DNA of 60,448 bases, filler included, from Dimargaris cristalligena (Eukaryota): assembly GCA_003614675.1 (NCBI GenBank). It is 5 parts of 5 records of this genome, joined end to end, with 100 filler letters (N's around TTAATTAATTAA, not from the genome) between each part and the next. Parts side by side here need not be neighbours in the genome. Positions count along the whole stretch, not along the records: positions 12,145 to 24,172 come from ML003063.1; positions 24,273 to 36,268 come from ML003064.1; 3 more parts are not named here. The stretch is one strand, 5' to 3'. A model generated the notes under the pieces. The model did not search any database, was not told the origin of the DNA, and saw nothing but the letters and a program-made list of their open reading frames with translations. A program made the translations under genes and the position numbers. This document shows, piece by piece, positions 13,246-25,140 of this stretch. The stretch's first letter is position 1, and every line of letters begins with the position of its first letter.

Positions 13246-13881
13246 ATGCGTTTATTTACCGCCATTGCCTGCTTTGCCTTGGCCTACACTACAAAGGGTT
13301 TTGCAAAGCCCTTGGGTTCTCAACATGATAGCGCCGAACACCGCCCCAGGACCCAACTCCTTTATCGCCGTGGCTATTTGAGCAATTGTTGGTACTTGGG
13401 TTACCCGAAGATCAACTGCAATTCACCCCCAGTGAGGCCCAGTCCCCAGGTCGATATCGCTACCACCGAGCCACCCGTGGAGGGCCACTCAAATGACCAG
13501 GGCGCTACCATCCCTGACTATCCCAAGGACCAGCCCAATATCTATACCAGTGAGCTGGATACCGGCGACAAGCATAATTCACTACCGGCTGGTCCGTTTG
13601 TTCCCAACGACTACCCAGCCAGACAACCTCCTAACATAACTGTTGATGACCACCGCGGTATTGAAGGTCAACAACAAACAATTACTCAAAACCAAAGGGC
13701 CAACGAAAAGCCAACGATGGAAGGTGGAAACCTCCGACCTTCCAACAATCGGTTTAGCTCGTATAATGGCAGTTTGGATCCTGTATTTTCGAGAAGACAG
13801 TCTGTTAAACACATGTCCGAAGACTACGATGCTATGCTTGACGGCAGAACTACACAACCCGCGGACCCCACACTTATCTAA
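13246..13881 (+). CDS. Putative secreted protein or peptide precursor (~211 aa), family unknown
   Basis: Intronless ORF with signal-peptide-like start MRLFTAIACFALAYTTKGFA-KP, a pro-region ending in dibasic 'YRR', then GYLSNCWYLGYPKINC and a P/Q/N/D-rich tail. TATA-like 'tatataaa' at ~13077. Confidence 0.6.
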   Translation: MRLFTAIACFALAYTTKGFAKPLGSQHDSAEHRPRTQLLYRRGYLSNCWYLGYPKINCNSPPVRPSPQVDIATTEPPVEGHSNDQGATIPDYPKDQPNIYTSELDTGDKHNSLPAGPFVPNDYPARQPPNITVDDHRGIEGQQQTITQNQRANEKPTMEGGNLRPSNNRFSSYNGSLDPVFSRRQSVKHMSEDYDAMLDGRTTQPADPTLI

Positions 13882-14848
13882 TGGCATGCCTACTCAAGGG
13901 CAGCTCTATCAAATCACGGGCGTACTGTGAATGGGCCTCGGCCCTGTGGTCGGTAGTCAGGGCCACCGTAATATCTATTTCGGGGACAGCCTCAATTTAG
14001 TTTGACAACACCCACTTTGGTGTGGAACCCCCTCCCTCTTTGACCCAGGTATATTTCCCCAATATACAACCTAACTATGCTGTCTTGCTTTTATGTCAGA
14101 CTACCCAATAACCTTACTATAGTCTATTATATTACTAGTTTCGTAGGCCCACCCATGTTCACAGAGTATAATAAAAACCATATTGCACATGTATTATATC
14201 AAAAGCACGTTGTTCAATCTCCGGTAATTATACCAAATCCATTCATAGTAAGCATAAATATTGGACGGAGAGCCATATATCCAAAGATGTACGCCACCAA
14301 AAACAGAATAGGACTCTGGTATTGCTGTACCTTCACTAAATATAGTGACCACCACAGTTGCTTGTGGCCCATCCCTCGGCTCCCAAACTTTGGACCATGA
14401 GTTTGGCCGGCAAATTGAAAACCAACTATTGGAGCTACTATGGGGCGACTAAAAATAAATACATTTATTATCCAAAGTAAATTAATATCCTAATATAACC
14501 TATCCAAATATATGGATTCTCGGCTATTTTTTCAAATTCAGCACATATCCATTAAATAGCCTATATGGCCGATAATTTCGCGCTGCATTTTAGAAATTAC
14601 ATACTAGTGGGGGGATCGCTAGATTAAACATATAGGGACAATGGTATACGGAAGGTCTGGGATCCAGAATTCGGCACCTAATGGAGCCGAGAGGTAATGT
14701 TCCTCTAATACTTTTAAAAAAAAATGCATGCCGAGCCCCATTGCTAGCCATTTTTGAATAACGTTATATCTGAACTATTTCCGAGGCTAGTTTAATATAT
14801 TAAGAAAGGTATTTTATATAGATATAAAAATTGCCCAAAGCCGAGAAT

Positions 14849-16225
14849 TTAGTAGATGCCAGGAACAATCCGATACTTAACAATGCTACAGTATCGGTCC
14901 CAGTCCTGTTTGTACTTAAGCCGGCACTTATGATCATCCCGGCGCTCACGGTGAATTAACAATATCCCAAAGTAGATTATGTAGAAGTAAGGGATGGGAG
15001 ATCCGAAGCCAGTGGTGAGACACCAGGACAGCCCAAACAACCAATCGCCCAGGTAGTTAATATGGCGGGCTAATCCCCACCAGCCGCTGATAAGCAGTTT
15101 ACTGCCCGACTCGGTTTCAATGTATTTAAGACCACGCACCCGGGGGTCGTGCGGATTGGTGCGGAAGATGTTCTTTTGGCTATTGGATAACCGGAAGATG
15201 AGAAAGCTAGCGATACCCACAGCCACTACCAGGCCAGTCCCGACGGGACCCAAGAGCACGGGTTCGAGAGCCAGGTAACGGGCCTGGATGGAGAAGATAA
15301 AGGGCACCCAAGCCAGATCCCCGAAACTAAGCATCCAGCCGAAGCCGTCGGTGGTGACATCCATGGTGGTCAAGACCGACGATTCGTAAATAAAGGTATC
15401 GAATGTGTACAGACCCTGCAAAAAGAAAATGAGGGCCATGGACTCCGTAATGTAGCCGTCCAATGCCTGCGCCTGCTTGATTAAGAAGGAGAAGTTGAGC
15501 ACCAGCCAACCGATGATTCCTGGTCGTAATTCACAGAACACCTTGAGGTCGAGGGTGCCTCCCAAAACACGCGGATTGAGCTCGCGACCAATAAAGAAGT
15601 CGTAGAACCAATTCGAGGAATTGCCACCTAGGGCCAGCAGCACGGGGGGGTTCGCCGGCTTAGACTTGGCTTGAACCAGGGCCCGGGCTTCGGCCTCGGT
15701 AACCGAGACCGTCACGGAATGGTTGCGGAAGGAACGAACGTAAAGGAAGAGCGCTTGCAGGGTAGCAAAGAGCCAGGCCGCGGTTATCCAATGGACGAAA
15801 TGGTCGGTGATGTAGATAAAGGGGGCGGGGCCATACACCCGGTGAAGAAGGAAAATTAAGCCACAGGTCACTAGTAGCGACCGGAACCCGTTGATACGGT
15901 AGGTTAAACGTTCGCCGGTGCGGAGCTCGGTACCAGGCACGAGGGAACCGGGGACCACATAGTAAAGGACCACTAGATACAAGAACCAGCCAATGTACAG
16001 TAGGCAGACTTGGGCATTGAACAGTTCTGCTAGGGTGATGGCCTGGAGGCGGTTAACCAGTGCGGTGACAGACGACGGCGGGCATTGGCCAGGTTGTTCA
16101 CAGGCGAAGTAGAGCAGATATGGCAGAAGGGAGGTGGTAAGGAATACAAAAGTCACCCCAATGGGCCCGAAAAACTCGAAATGCGTGGTTCGCGGGTTGA
16201 GGAGGGTGGATTTTGGCCGGGCCAT
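14849..16225 (-). CDS. ERG24: Delta(14)-sterol reductase (ERG4/ERG24 family), intronless, 458 aa
   Basis: Family motifs 'FFIGRELNPR', 'DLKVFCELRPG', 'TTMDVTTDGFGWML.FGDL.WVPF', 'LLISGWWGLARHINYLGD', 'HRERRDDHKC..KY..DW..YC..V.YRIVPGIY'. Confidence 0.96.
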   Translation of the reverse strand: MARPKSTLLNPRTTHFEFFGPIGVTFVFLTTSLLPYLLYFACEQPGQCPPSSVTALVNRLQAITLAELFNAQVCLLYIGWFLYLVVLYYVVPGSLVPGTELRTGERLTYRINGFRSLLVTCGLIFLLHRVYGPAPFIYITDHFVHWITAAWLFATLQALFLYVRSFRNHSVTVSVTEAEARALVQAKSKPANPPVLLALGGNSSNWFYDFFIGRELNPRVLGGTLDLKVFCELRPGIIGWLVLNFSFLIKQAQALDGYITESMALIFFLQGLYTFDTFIYESSVLTTMDVTTDGFGWMLSFGDLAWVPFIFSIQARYLALEPVLLGPVGTGLVVAVGIASFLIFRLSNSQKNIFRTNPHDPRVRGLKYIETESGSKLLISGWWGLARHINYLGDWLFGLSWCLTTGFGSPIPYFYIIYFGILLIHRERRDDHKCRLKYKQDWDRYCSIVKYRIVPGIY

Positions 16226-17541
16226 GACTGGGCCGGGTAATTAGTGTTTGGCTGGGAGGGAGAGAGAGTGCGCGCGCTGTGGATGGCAGTAATTGGAATC
16301 GAAAAGACTGAACGAGATAGGGGCGAGGTATCTGGTATGGATGGGAAAATACGTATTAGAATCCCACAGGCAATGGTATTAAAGAAGGAGAAAGTGGGTA
16401 GTAAAATGGGGAGGGAGGGGGAGGCTAGCCACAGCCGGATAAAAGAGCGAGAGTATTTTATATGTTAGTAAGAAGTAGCTGGTATAGAGAGCGCGGATTG
16501 GATTAAGGTTATAAATTACACGGTTAGAGTAGTAGTATTTGTAGTGGTTAGCGGGCCTTCTTGTCTTGAAGGGGAGGAGGTACATTCACATGGACATCGG
16601 CCCATTTCTGCACACTAAGTGGACTGTTTAAATGGCGTGTCTTTCTCAGCCAGTCGTACGGTATGGCATGATTATATGGTCCAATTTAGGCAACCTATCG
16701 AAATGGAATGGCGCGATACTGTTGCTCTTGCAACACACCTTTCCCTGCCCCAGCCCTGTTACTTCCCCACCTCGACACTAACCGTACTGTACTAACAGAC
16801 TCTGGTCGTTAACAGAAGAGAGCAGAACTTCTTCCGACCCTACCCTACACCCCCTAACTCCATTATACCATCACTGGACATGACTAGGAGGTAGTCAATG
16901 TAGGACTGGAGAGACGAAAATTTAATAAGCTGGCACGATAAAATGGTGGATATTGGGTTGAAAAGGGACAATTAGGGGAAGACTGGACCTATGGCGGCCC
17001 AATGGTAAGGATGCGGGCAACTTGGAATCCTAAAATATATGAATAGGGGGGATAATACATGAGGGTGGTGTTGGGCAAAAGAGCCAGCGAATGATGATGA
17101 AAAAGCACGGTCTAGAGCCCAAATAAATAAGATCTGGGGGGAAAGAGGTGTAGTAGAAGAACATTTGTAAGGAGTACTGGCTGCTGGGATAGCGGATGAA
17201 GGGCTTCAGTGTACCGTACAGGTTCCTGAAAGAGTGCAAAATACAGATGGGAGGCGTTGGTAAACAACCCGTAATTATAATCAATAGACACGTGCTTTTA
17301 CATTGAGCAAATAGGTATGGGTGGATGTATAGCATTATGGTCCCAGATTAGTGGGTATGATAAAACTAGTAATGGTAGTGGTAATAAAAGCGCTACAATT
17401 GGCTTATAAAGGGATAATATCAGCCAAATAAGAAACACCGACACCCGTCTCGCCAAAGCCAGAAAGACCTTTAACGGTAGGGTGGGGCTGAGTTTTGAAC
17501 GGGGGCACTGTATAGAAAGCCTTGCTTTTGGCCTGCCAGTC

Positions 17542-19671
17542 TCATTCAATGTACACGGGTCCTGATGTCACAGACGTATTGCCATTGAGACTAATAATGT
17601 ATGGGGAGCCACGGGCGTCGGTGGCATAATAGTGGAAAATAGGAAGTAATACAGAGTGCGTGCAGCTGGTGGTTAGTACATTAGCTGGGAACAACGATTA
17701 GACTCGCCCGGATTTGGAGTGTGGTGTGGGCTACAAGAGGTCAGTCGGGTCCTGAGGCTTAAAAGAACCGCCTTCTTTTGAGCGGACGCCTGGATGCACA
17801 TCCGGGTCGCACGCCCCTTTCTGAAAAGCCAGCCAGTATCAGGTATAGTCTACCGATGCAGCCAGTGTGCCACTCGGCCAAGTGCCCCCAAAATACCGCA
17901 GGTAGTAGTAAGGGAAGGGGGTATAGACATACCGCCCTTCGTTCAACCAAAGCCGTAAGTATCGATCGATACTGGTCCAGAGAATTCCCTTGTCTGAATA
18001 AGCAGCACCGCATGGCGGTACAAGAGTGTCGGGTTGTATACCACCCCGGGAATCGTTGGAGTCAGCGGTAAACCTGACCACCACCGTAGCCGAAGTGTAG
18101 ATGTCCCATTGAAGAGGTGGACGGAGGCAAGCAAACTACAAGCCGTTCGATCGCCCAGGGGGGGTAGGTCCTTATTGAAGCGACTAGTATAAATAAAAAT
18201 TACTTACAGATTCACCCGAAGGGTAAATTGACCACCAACTGCGATCGATAGGTCTTCGAAGAAAAAGTAATTGCCCCACGTATCATCGAATTCGGTATAG
18301 GTGGAGTTTACCACCATTTGGCCATGGACAGTGCGCGTCATTTTGCCGGTATTCTGGTAGACCAAATCCATGGCCGTTTCCCCGTCTTTACAATAGAGAC
18401 CCACTTGTGCCATACATATGCTGGGATGGCAAAATGGGTATGGGTGAGTAGGTGTTTGGCAGTTGCGAGATGGGAAGGAGGAGGGAGAGGCGCGTAGTGG
18501 GGTGGTCAGTATTGAACCAGCATAAGATTGTTGCGGGGGATGAACAGTCAACAATGATCGGATGGGAATTCGGTGAATAAAGGATAAACAAAAGGGCGAA
18601 ATAGGTTAGTCAAGAGCGTATTTAGCCAAACTAGGGTATATTGGCGTTTTGCAGCACAAATCGATGTACTGTAGATCAGTACCATACTATGGTTGCCATT
18701 TAGGGACTTTAGGACAATGAGAGCAACATCCTAGTAGCCATGGCAGAACAGCAGATCGATTAGATTCTAGGCTGGGGGAGGGTGCGTAGGGGGTTGAAGC
18801 TAGGGAGTAAACCAGAAAGCCATTGCGGACCTTAAGGTTAGAGGTGGTCACGTCAGCGCACACCATTACCCCCTCCCCCCCATTCACATCGACCCATTCG
18901 CTTCTGCAAATATTTAGCAATAGCACTATTTTCTGCCATCAGTGCAGACTGAATAGGAAGGTGCAGACCCATGTTAATGGACCTCTACCCTAGTCGCAAC
19001 CTACAGAGGCCACGGCTACCAAGGGTCATCATAGCATAAAGTTCACCTAAATTGCGAGGGGCAGCGAGTTAAAGCCGTGTGAATCCAGGGACAACCTCCG
19101 TCCATCGTAAACAATGCCATCGAGGCATGATCATGGCAACTGTAAATCAATTTATGCAGCCGGATCGTCAGAGGATGGCTGGTGTTTGGTACATAACGGG
19201 AGGTTGGTTGTCCACCACCTAACCTCGCCGCCTACTATTCACCCATGTCCCGGCAACAACGTTAATTAAACCCATTACAATAGCACAGCCATGGTTAAGA
19301 CTTACTGTTGGCTGTCAACCTCTTCGCCGTCGTGGTCGTAAATATCCATTCGCACTACAAGGGGCGGATCAAGAACCGGCCGTGAATAGCTTTCTAGGTC
19401 ATCAACTTGACCGCTGTATGGCTGCTGGACAACCTGCAGGAAGTAGTGGTATTGGCTGATACCAATACCCCGATGATCAGAATCAAGTGTCCACGCACAG
19501 ATAGAATATAGCAATATTAAGTTATAGTCGAACTGGGTTAGTATACCTTTGAGATAGGTGTCCAAAACAGGTGTAGCGTTGGATCCGGTGGCCAATTAAA
19601 CTGGCATCCTATGGTTACGGTTTACTGAGGTCATTTGAAATAGATCTCCGGCTATGGATAAACTGGGGCAT
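17542..19671 (-). CDS. Small stand-alone velvet-domain protein (~154 aa). Proposed exons 19671-19619, 19455-19306, 18420-18208, 17590-17542
   Basis: Velvet N-terminal motif 'YFLQVVQQP...RPVLDPPLVVRMDI' and C-terminal half 'RTVHGQMVVN...GNYFFFEDLSIAVGGQFTLRVNL'. The internal exons have GTAAGT donors and phase-compatible CAG acceptors. First and last exons are tentative. Confidence 0.75.
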
Positions 19672-22600
19672 TATGCTAGGTCATGGGGTCTATATACAAA
19701 CGTGAAAGTACGGTATACTAAAACAAATAAAAGGCCATGGCCATGGGGGAACAAAGTATTGGGCCATGGTACTTCTCCTTATAAGTGAGTAGTAAATCAA
19801 CCCGGTTTCACAAAATAGGGCCGGCTTCATTGACAACGCACCTTGGGTTAGCGAGGGGTAGGCAAAACATGATTACGGCCCAGAAAGATATCAGAGGGGG
19901 AGAGGCTGAGCGGGTGCAGTAGATTCAACGATCGAATTGATGGGCCCACGGAAGAGGGCCAAGTTGGCTGGTCGTTGGGGCGTAGTTGGAAATCGACGGT
20001 TGATCGGCAATACGGAGCGAAGCAATCTTGGCGCGCTCGGTGGAATAAAGATATAAATGGGTAATAATCCGGCCAATCTTACTATCCAGAAAGGTGTACC
20101 GGAGCTCAATGGTTAAGCCCAAAAAGAAAAAATAATGAAGAAAATGGAGGGGGGAGATGAAGAGCGTAAAGTTAAATACACTCACTGTCGAGAGATTGCC
20201 ACTGTGAAAGACGTGGTGATGCTTAAGATTTGCGGAATTTACAGCTAATAGCCCTGTCGATTGGTAGTGTAAAACAAAGAGGTATATCTACACATACACG
20301 CACACACATATATATGTATATATTAGGGGAACTGAGGCGGAGAATAGGAGATGGAGCAAGTTAAAGATGGCTGAAGAACTGACTGGATGATGGAGTAATG
20401 TTTGAGAAATAAAAGAGGGAAGGAATGGGGCTATATATATACCGACCCGAAATCCTCAAGTTTAGAGTGCAGCCGCCGAAGATTTCCCAAGTCCAGGGGT
20501 ATCAAAGATGATGAACTGCAGGCGAGTGAGGTTTACTACGATGGATGCGGCGGGAAATGCGAAACAAGTAAAAAAGAAGGATGGGTGAGGCAGAACCATC
20601 GAGATAGCGTATGACCCAAGAAATGGGCAATAGGGGTGGTGGCCGATAAACCGGTTCCAATTAGAGGTTAAAAGGGGTGTGAAGTAATTAGGTGTGGCTG
20701 AGTTAGGAAGTGTTACTTGGCACTGCAGAGTCAGCACCGGCGGGAGAACCCAGTAGAAGAGGTCAAATGGGAAAACGGCGATGCAAGAACCACTAAATAG
20801 GAAAGTGTCCGATAAATTAAGCAGCCGGGTCGAATGGCTTGTCCGAATGTGTGGGGTGTCCAAGGTAGACTTCTGAGTACGTGGGTCTGGTCCTAAAATG
20901 GTTGTGCCGGTTTTTTAGTCCCACTGGGAAGGCACGCTATATGAAAATAAAGGCCAGATGGGGAAGGCGTCGGGAGAGAAGGGGGTCGCTGATCCGGTTA
21001 TTCACTCGCCAAGGGATGGGGTAGCCCGTGCAGGCTAAGCAGCACCGGTTCTATATGTAAAAAATAGTCTGTGGGATGCCGGGCTTAAGGAAATACCGGC
21101 GTAGCAACAGGTAGAACACGGCAGGAGAAAAAATGATCGATTAATAGTCAACTGACAAGGTCACAATACTGGACATACTATGCATCTCAACAATTACATT
21201 CACTCGTACCAAGTATTTCTCGCTATAGAGTCGGGTACAGCAATATATCCTGTAGGTAATAGTGGGGCACGCGGGCCTACAGGTGGGTGCTGTTTAAAGG
21301 AAAGAGGGAGTGATGAGTTTGAATTGCTGGATGGTGCAGAATAGGGTGCACCGGGTTGGGAAAGATATGTAGATGGGGAGGGAGAGGGGAGTAGCAGGTC
21401 GCAAACTATGGAAATTAGGGGGGGGGGTGTAAAATAATGATAAGTTCTAGAAGGTAGCGGACCTCCGGTTTATGATAAGGAAATAATAGTCCGAGAATCC
21501 TAAAGAATTAACATGTATGGTGTAAAAATAACGGGCACTTGTCATGAAGGAAATGCCTTTTATAGGCGGCAAGATTAGGCTGGCGGCACGGTTGATTAAT
21601 AAAGCCGATATATGAAAAGTAAGCCAGGTGGACGTTTATAAGCTAAACCCATGTCTAGTTTATGTTTTTCGGTTCTTAACGCTAGGGGTTATTCCATCTA
21701 TTTAATAAGGCAAGAGCAGCCGAAGGGGAGGGTGGCCACTGTACCTGAGATGATCCACTTTAGACCAATGTGATGGGCGCAACACGAGAATTAGAATAAA
21801 TTGAAGTTCAAGGAGAGAATAGGGATGGTGGCGATAAGAATGTATGAGTGGACGATAGGTTCAAGAGAAGGGAGAGAAGTAGAGGGAGAAGGGGGCGAAT
21901 ATGGGTGGGGTTGGTGTAGTGCAATGGCTTGGTTAGGGAATACACTGCATTTGTCCGTGTACAGCTCTAGTCCTATGGCAGGGGTCACATTTGCTCATTC
22001 GGCGGAACAGCCAAATTTCCGAACTTGGTAGATTGTCCCAGAATTAGGGATGGTTCGGTGTATTAGCCAATAGTCTTACAATCTAGGAGGGGGATATAGC
22101 TCGGCAAAGCATACTAATCCCGCGTTCACTGACGCTCTACCTTCACTTACCTACCAGTCATAATTGGCAGCTTTGGAATGGGCATGCCAATCCACTACTC
22201 GAGTATTTGTTTCCTGATCACACCCCTCTTTACACGTTATAGGAAGCCCATCTTAGCCACTTTGGGATACCCATATGGGAGAGGCCCAATCTAGTATACC
22301 GAAAACCCCGTGGATCAGACAAGTAGTATGGGTTCAAAATAACCACCCCACGCCATTTCCCCTCAAATCCATGCTATTTAAAATCTTTTCGAGTCGGGTC
22401 GAGTTTCACCCACATGTAGTAAGGTCAAATGATAAAAGCCACCCTACCTAAACCAATCGGGTGAAAGCCCGTTGGCCCAAGGTGAGTGTGAATGCACCCA
22501 CACTCTATCCCAAAATTAAAGTTGGCCGACGGATATTGGCACAAGTGTAATTATGTTGCCCCAATTACAAAATAAACTCATAGGGGTCCGTAGATTAAGG

Positions 22601-24120
22601 AGCGGGGTAGACTGGTCCAGGGGTGCTGGTAATTTGGGGGCGCCGTACACCCTCAGGGACCGTCAGATGGAGCGCCCCCTAGGGACTAGGAACCTCCCCT
22701 CCAGAAATACATAGTAAATGGCAGACGTCCGCCACACCACACCCCTGTTCCTAAGCCCCAAATATGAATCCAGGCCTAAAGATTTTCGGCCCTTGTATTT
22801 TATAAGGAGATTGATCTTGTGGTAAAGTGAGGCTGGAACGATGAGAGAGGCTTATAGTGGAAGCTGTTTAAGCGACTGCCATAATTCCAGTGAGGGAGAA
22901 ATGATAAAACGCCAGCAACTATACACCGCGAAGAAGGAGGGATGTACGACATAGAGGGGGAGGAGAAGGAGGTACGCCAATAATGAAGTATTCGAAATAT
23001 AAAAATGACATTGCTTCTTTATTATAAAATGCCGATCAAGGGGAGTATGGCGAGAGGGGAGATGGCCAAGGGACTTCCGCTAATGTCCAGATGGTTGTTG
23101 GGCACCAACGGTCCCCTATTTCCTATCACCACATGCTGGTGCTACCACCCTTTTAGAGTGGCCGATTATTCCTTTGTCACGATCAAATATAGGGGGTTAC
23201 TCAAAACCATAATATGTGCAGCCCATGCATGTGTGTGGGTAGGGGAATACTTGCAAGGGAGAGGGGGGGGGATGTTGGAAAAAATGGGGTGATGGTGACG
23301 GGGGGGCCAATTGCAGCAGCAGCGGCGAATAGACCAAGAAGTGCAGAACTGTTCTTGGAAAGGCCAAGGCTACAGCAACACGACTATCGCGGTATGTGGC
23401 CTAAAAAATGACACCTATGGACTGTTGCCAAGCCAAAACTCATGTAGACTTCAGCACAATGATCGGGCTGTACAGCAGCGGCATCGATTTAATAACACCT
23501 AGGTAAATTTGACCCGAGAAATTGCGGGGCATCGGTATATTGTTTTACCTGATTGGTTTCGGCGGCCTGCCAAGCCGTCGACGATCCACCCGGTAGGGAG
23601 TATATATACAAAATACTGGTTTGTAATGGTTTGTCTACGTGGGTGGGACTTTTAATGACCCGTCTGTCGATTCACAATTCAACTTCGTACTAAAATTAAA
23701 TACAGGCGCTATCTGAGTCAGCATATTGAGTGTATTTATCGTTATGCTAGAATCGAGTCGACCTCTCCCCTCCCTGTTGCGTCATCCGGATAAATGTATC
23801 AATCGATACAGCTAACAGGGATGGCACATATTTCATGCATGGCGTGGCAGGGAAGTAGGGGGAGGCTGCACTCTTGGGTTACGCCCACTTCGGGTTTCTA
23901 CTTAAACGCAGCCCTTGAAAATTCTTGAATCAAATGAAATCGTCCTTTGCATTACAGGTCACACCAATGTAAATAATAATTGGCTCAGGGTTGTCAATTG
24001 GGAAACCCAATACACCGGTTGGGGGTATTACAAGGGATTTTGAGGCGAGTGGTCGAGGTTTGCTAACACATGTTCACATACACTGTGGAACTCAGATTCC
24101 AATGGTAAGCCTCTATAATA

Positions 24121-24172
24121 TGGGTGAACTTCAACCCAACTGTATAAGATTTTACACAATATATGTATGGGA
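24121..24172 (+). mobile_element. MITE family copy B (3' part lost in the gap)
   Basis: 'TA|TGGGTGAACTTCAACCCAACTGTATAAGATTTTACACAATATATGTATGGGA', same as the start of copy 48466. Confidence 0.85.
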
Positions 24173-24272
24173 NNNNNNNNNNNNNNNNNNNNNNNNNNNN
24201 NNNNNNNNNNNNNNNNTTAATTAATTAANNNNNNNNNNNNNNNNNNNNNNNNNNNNNNNNNNNNNNNNNNNN
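24173..24272. other. Artificial contig-join linker
   Basis: Ns + TTAATTAATTAA + Ns, 100 nt. Confidence 0.97.
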
Positions 24273-25080
24273 GACCAACAACAAGTTGGAGGGCCAAGGT
24301 TGAAAGAAAGCAGCCTCAGCGTGCTTTGTTTAACCGTGGAGAGAGAGAGAGAGAGGATAGGACGACCCACTCATTAATGAGAGTAGGTGGTAGGACCAAT
24401 GTAAAGAGTGTAAGGCTGGGGTCCCTCTCTCCCCGAGCCGGCTAGCTAGAGCCCTATTCGTCCACCACCCTTGCTTTAAACCTTAACCCGCTATTCCATT
24501 GGAACAGAGTGACCTTTGACTATTATAACCCAGAGAGAGAGAGAGAGAGAGAGTGAGTGAGGGAGAGGGATCTTACCAACTTGGCCGCTATTATTGGAGG
24601 GAGAGAGCTGGGGCGGCTACAAAAAAATAGGCGAGTCCTCTTCCTTCCGGTGCTGGGCTCGCCTGGATAATTTTATAAGCGACCCCGCCCCGCCCTCCCA
24701 GTCACGGCAGGGCTGGCAGCAAGTCAACAGGGGGGGGACACCGTTGGTGTAGAGATAGATATGTACGAAGCCACTAATGATGATGGTACCTACTACTATT
24801 CCCAATTGACCATATTAGTTGGCTCTAGGGCCCTCTATTCTACACGCCCCTTCCGCATTACCCTCCCAATAGGGGGGATCTCGACCACTAGGGTTCAGAC
24901 GCAATAGTTTATCCCTCCTCACATTCACTCCTACCGTCAAACATACATATGACGAAGGCGATGGAGGTAGTAGGATTGGCCACCACTCTATCCACTCCCT
25001 CCCATCAACAAGAGTGGGTCCAAACACTCACCAGACAAGCTCGTATAGTCTCCACCCAGCCCAAGAAGTAGACGACGACT

Positions 25081-25140
25081 GGCTTGGCTTGACTTGGCTT
25101 GACTTGACTTGACTTGACTTGACTTGACTTGACTTGACTT
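25081..25140 (+). repeat. Pentanucleotide microsatellite (GRCTT)x12
   Basis: ggctt ggctt gactt ggctt followed by (gactt)x8. Confidence 0.9.

Noticed and set aside
18184..18207. Possible 24-nt mini-intron (GTAAGT...CTAG) giving an alternative in-frame velvet C-terminus to 17943
   Set aside because: Far shorter than every other intron here, and the resulting peptide lacks velvet-like motifs. Not excluded without RNA data.
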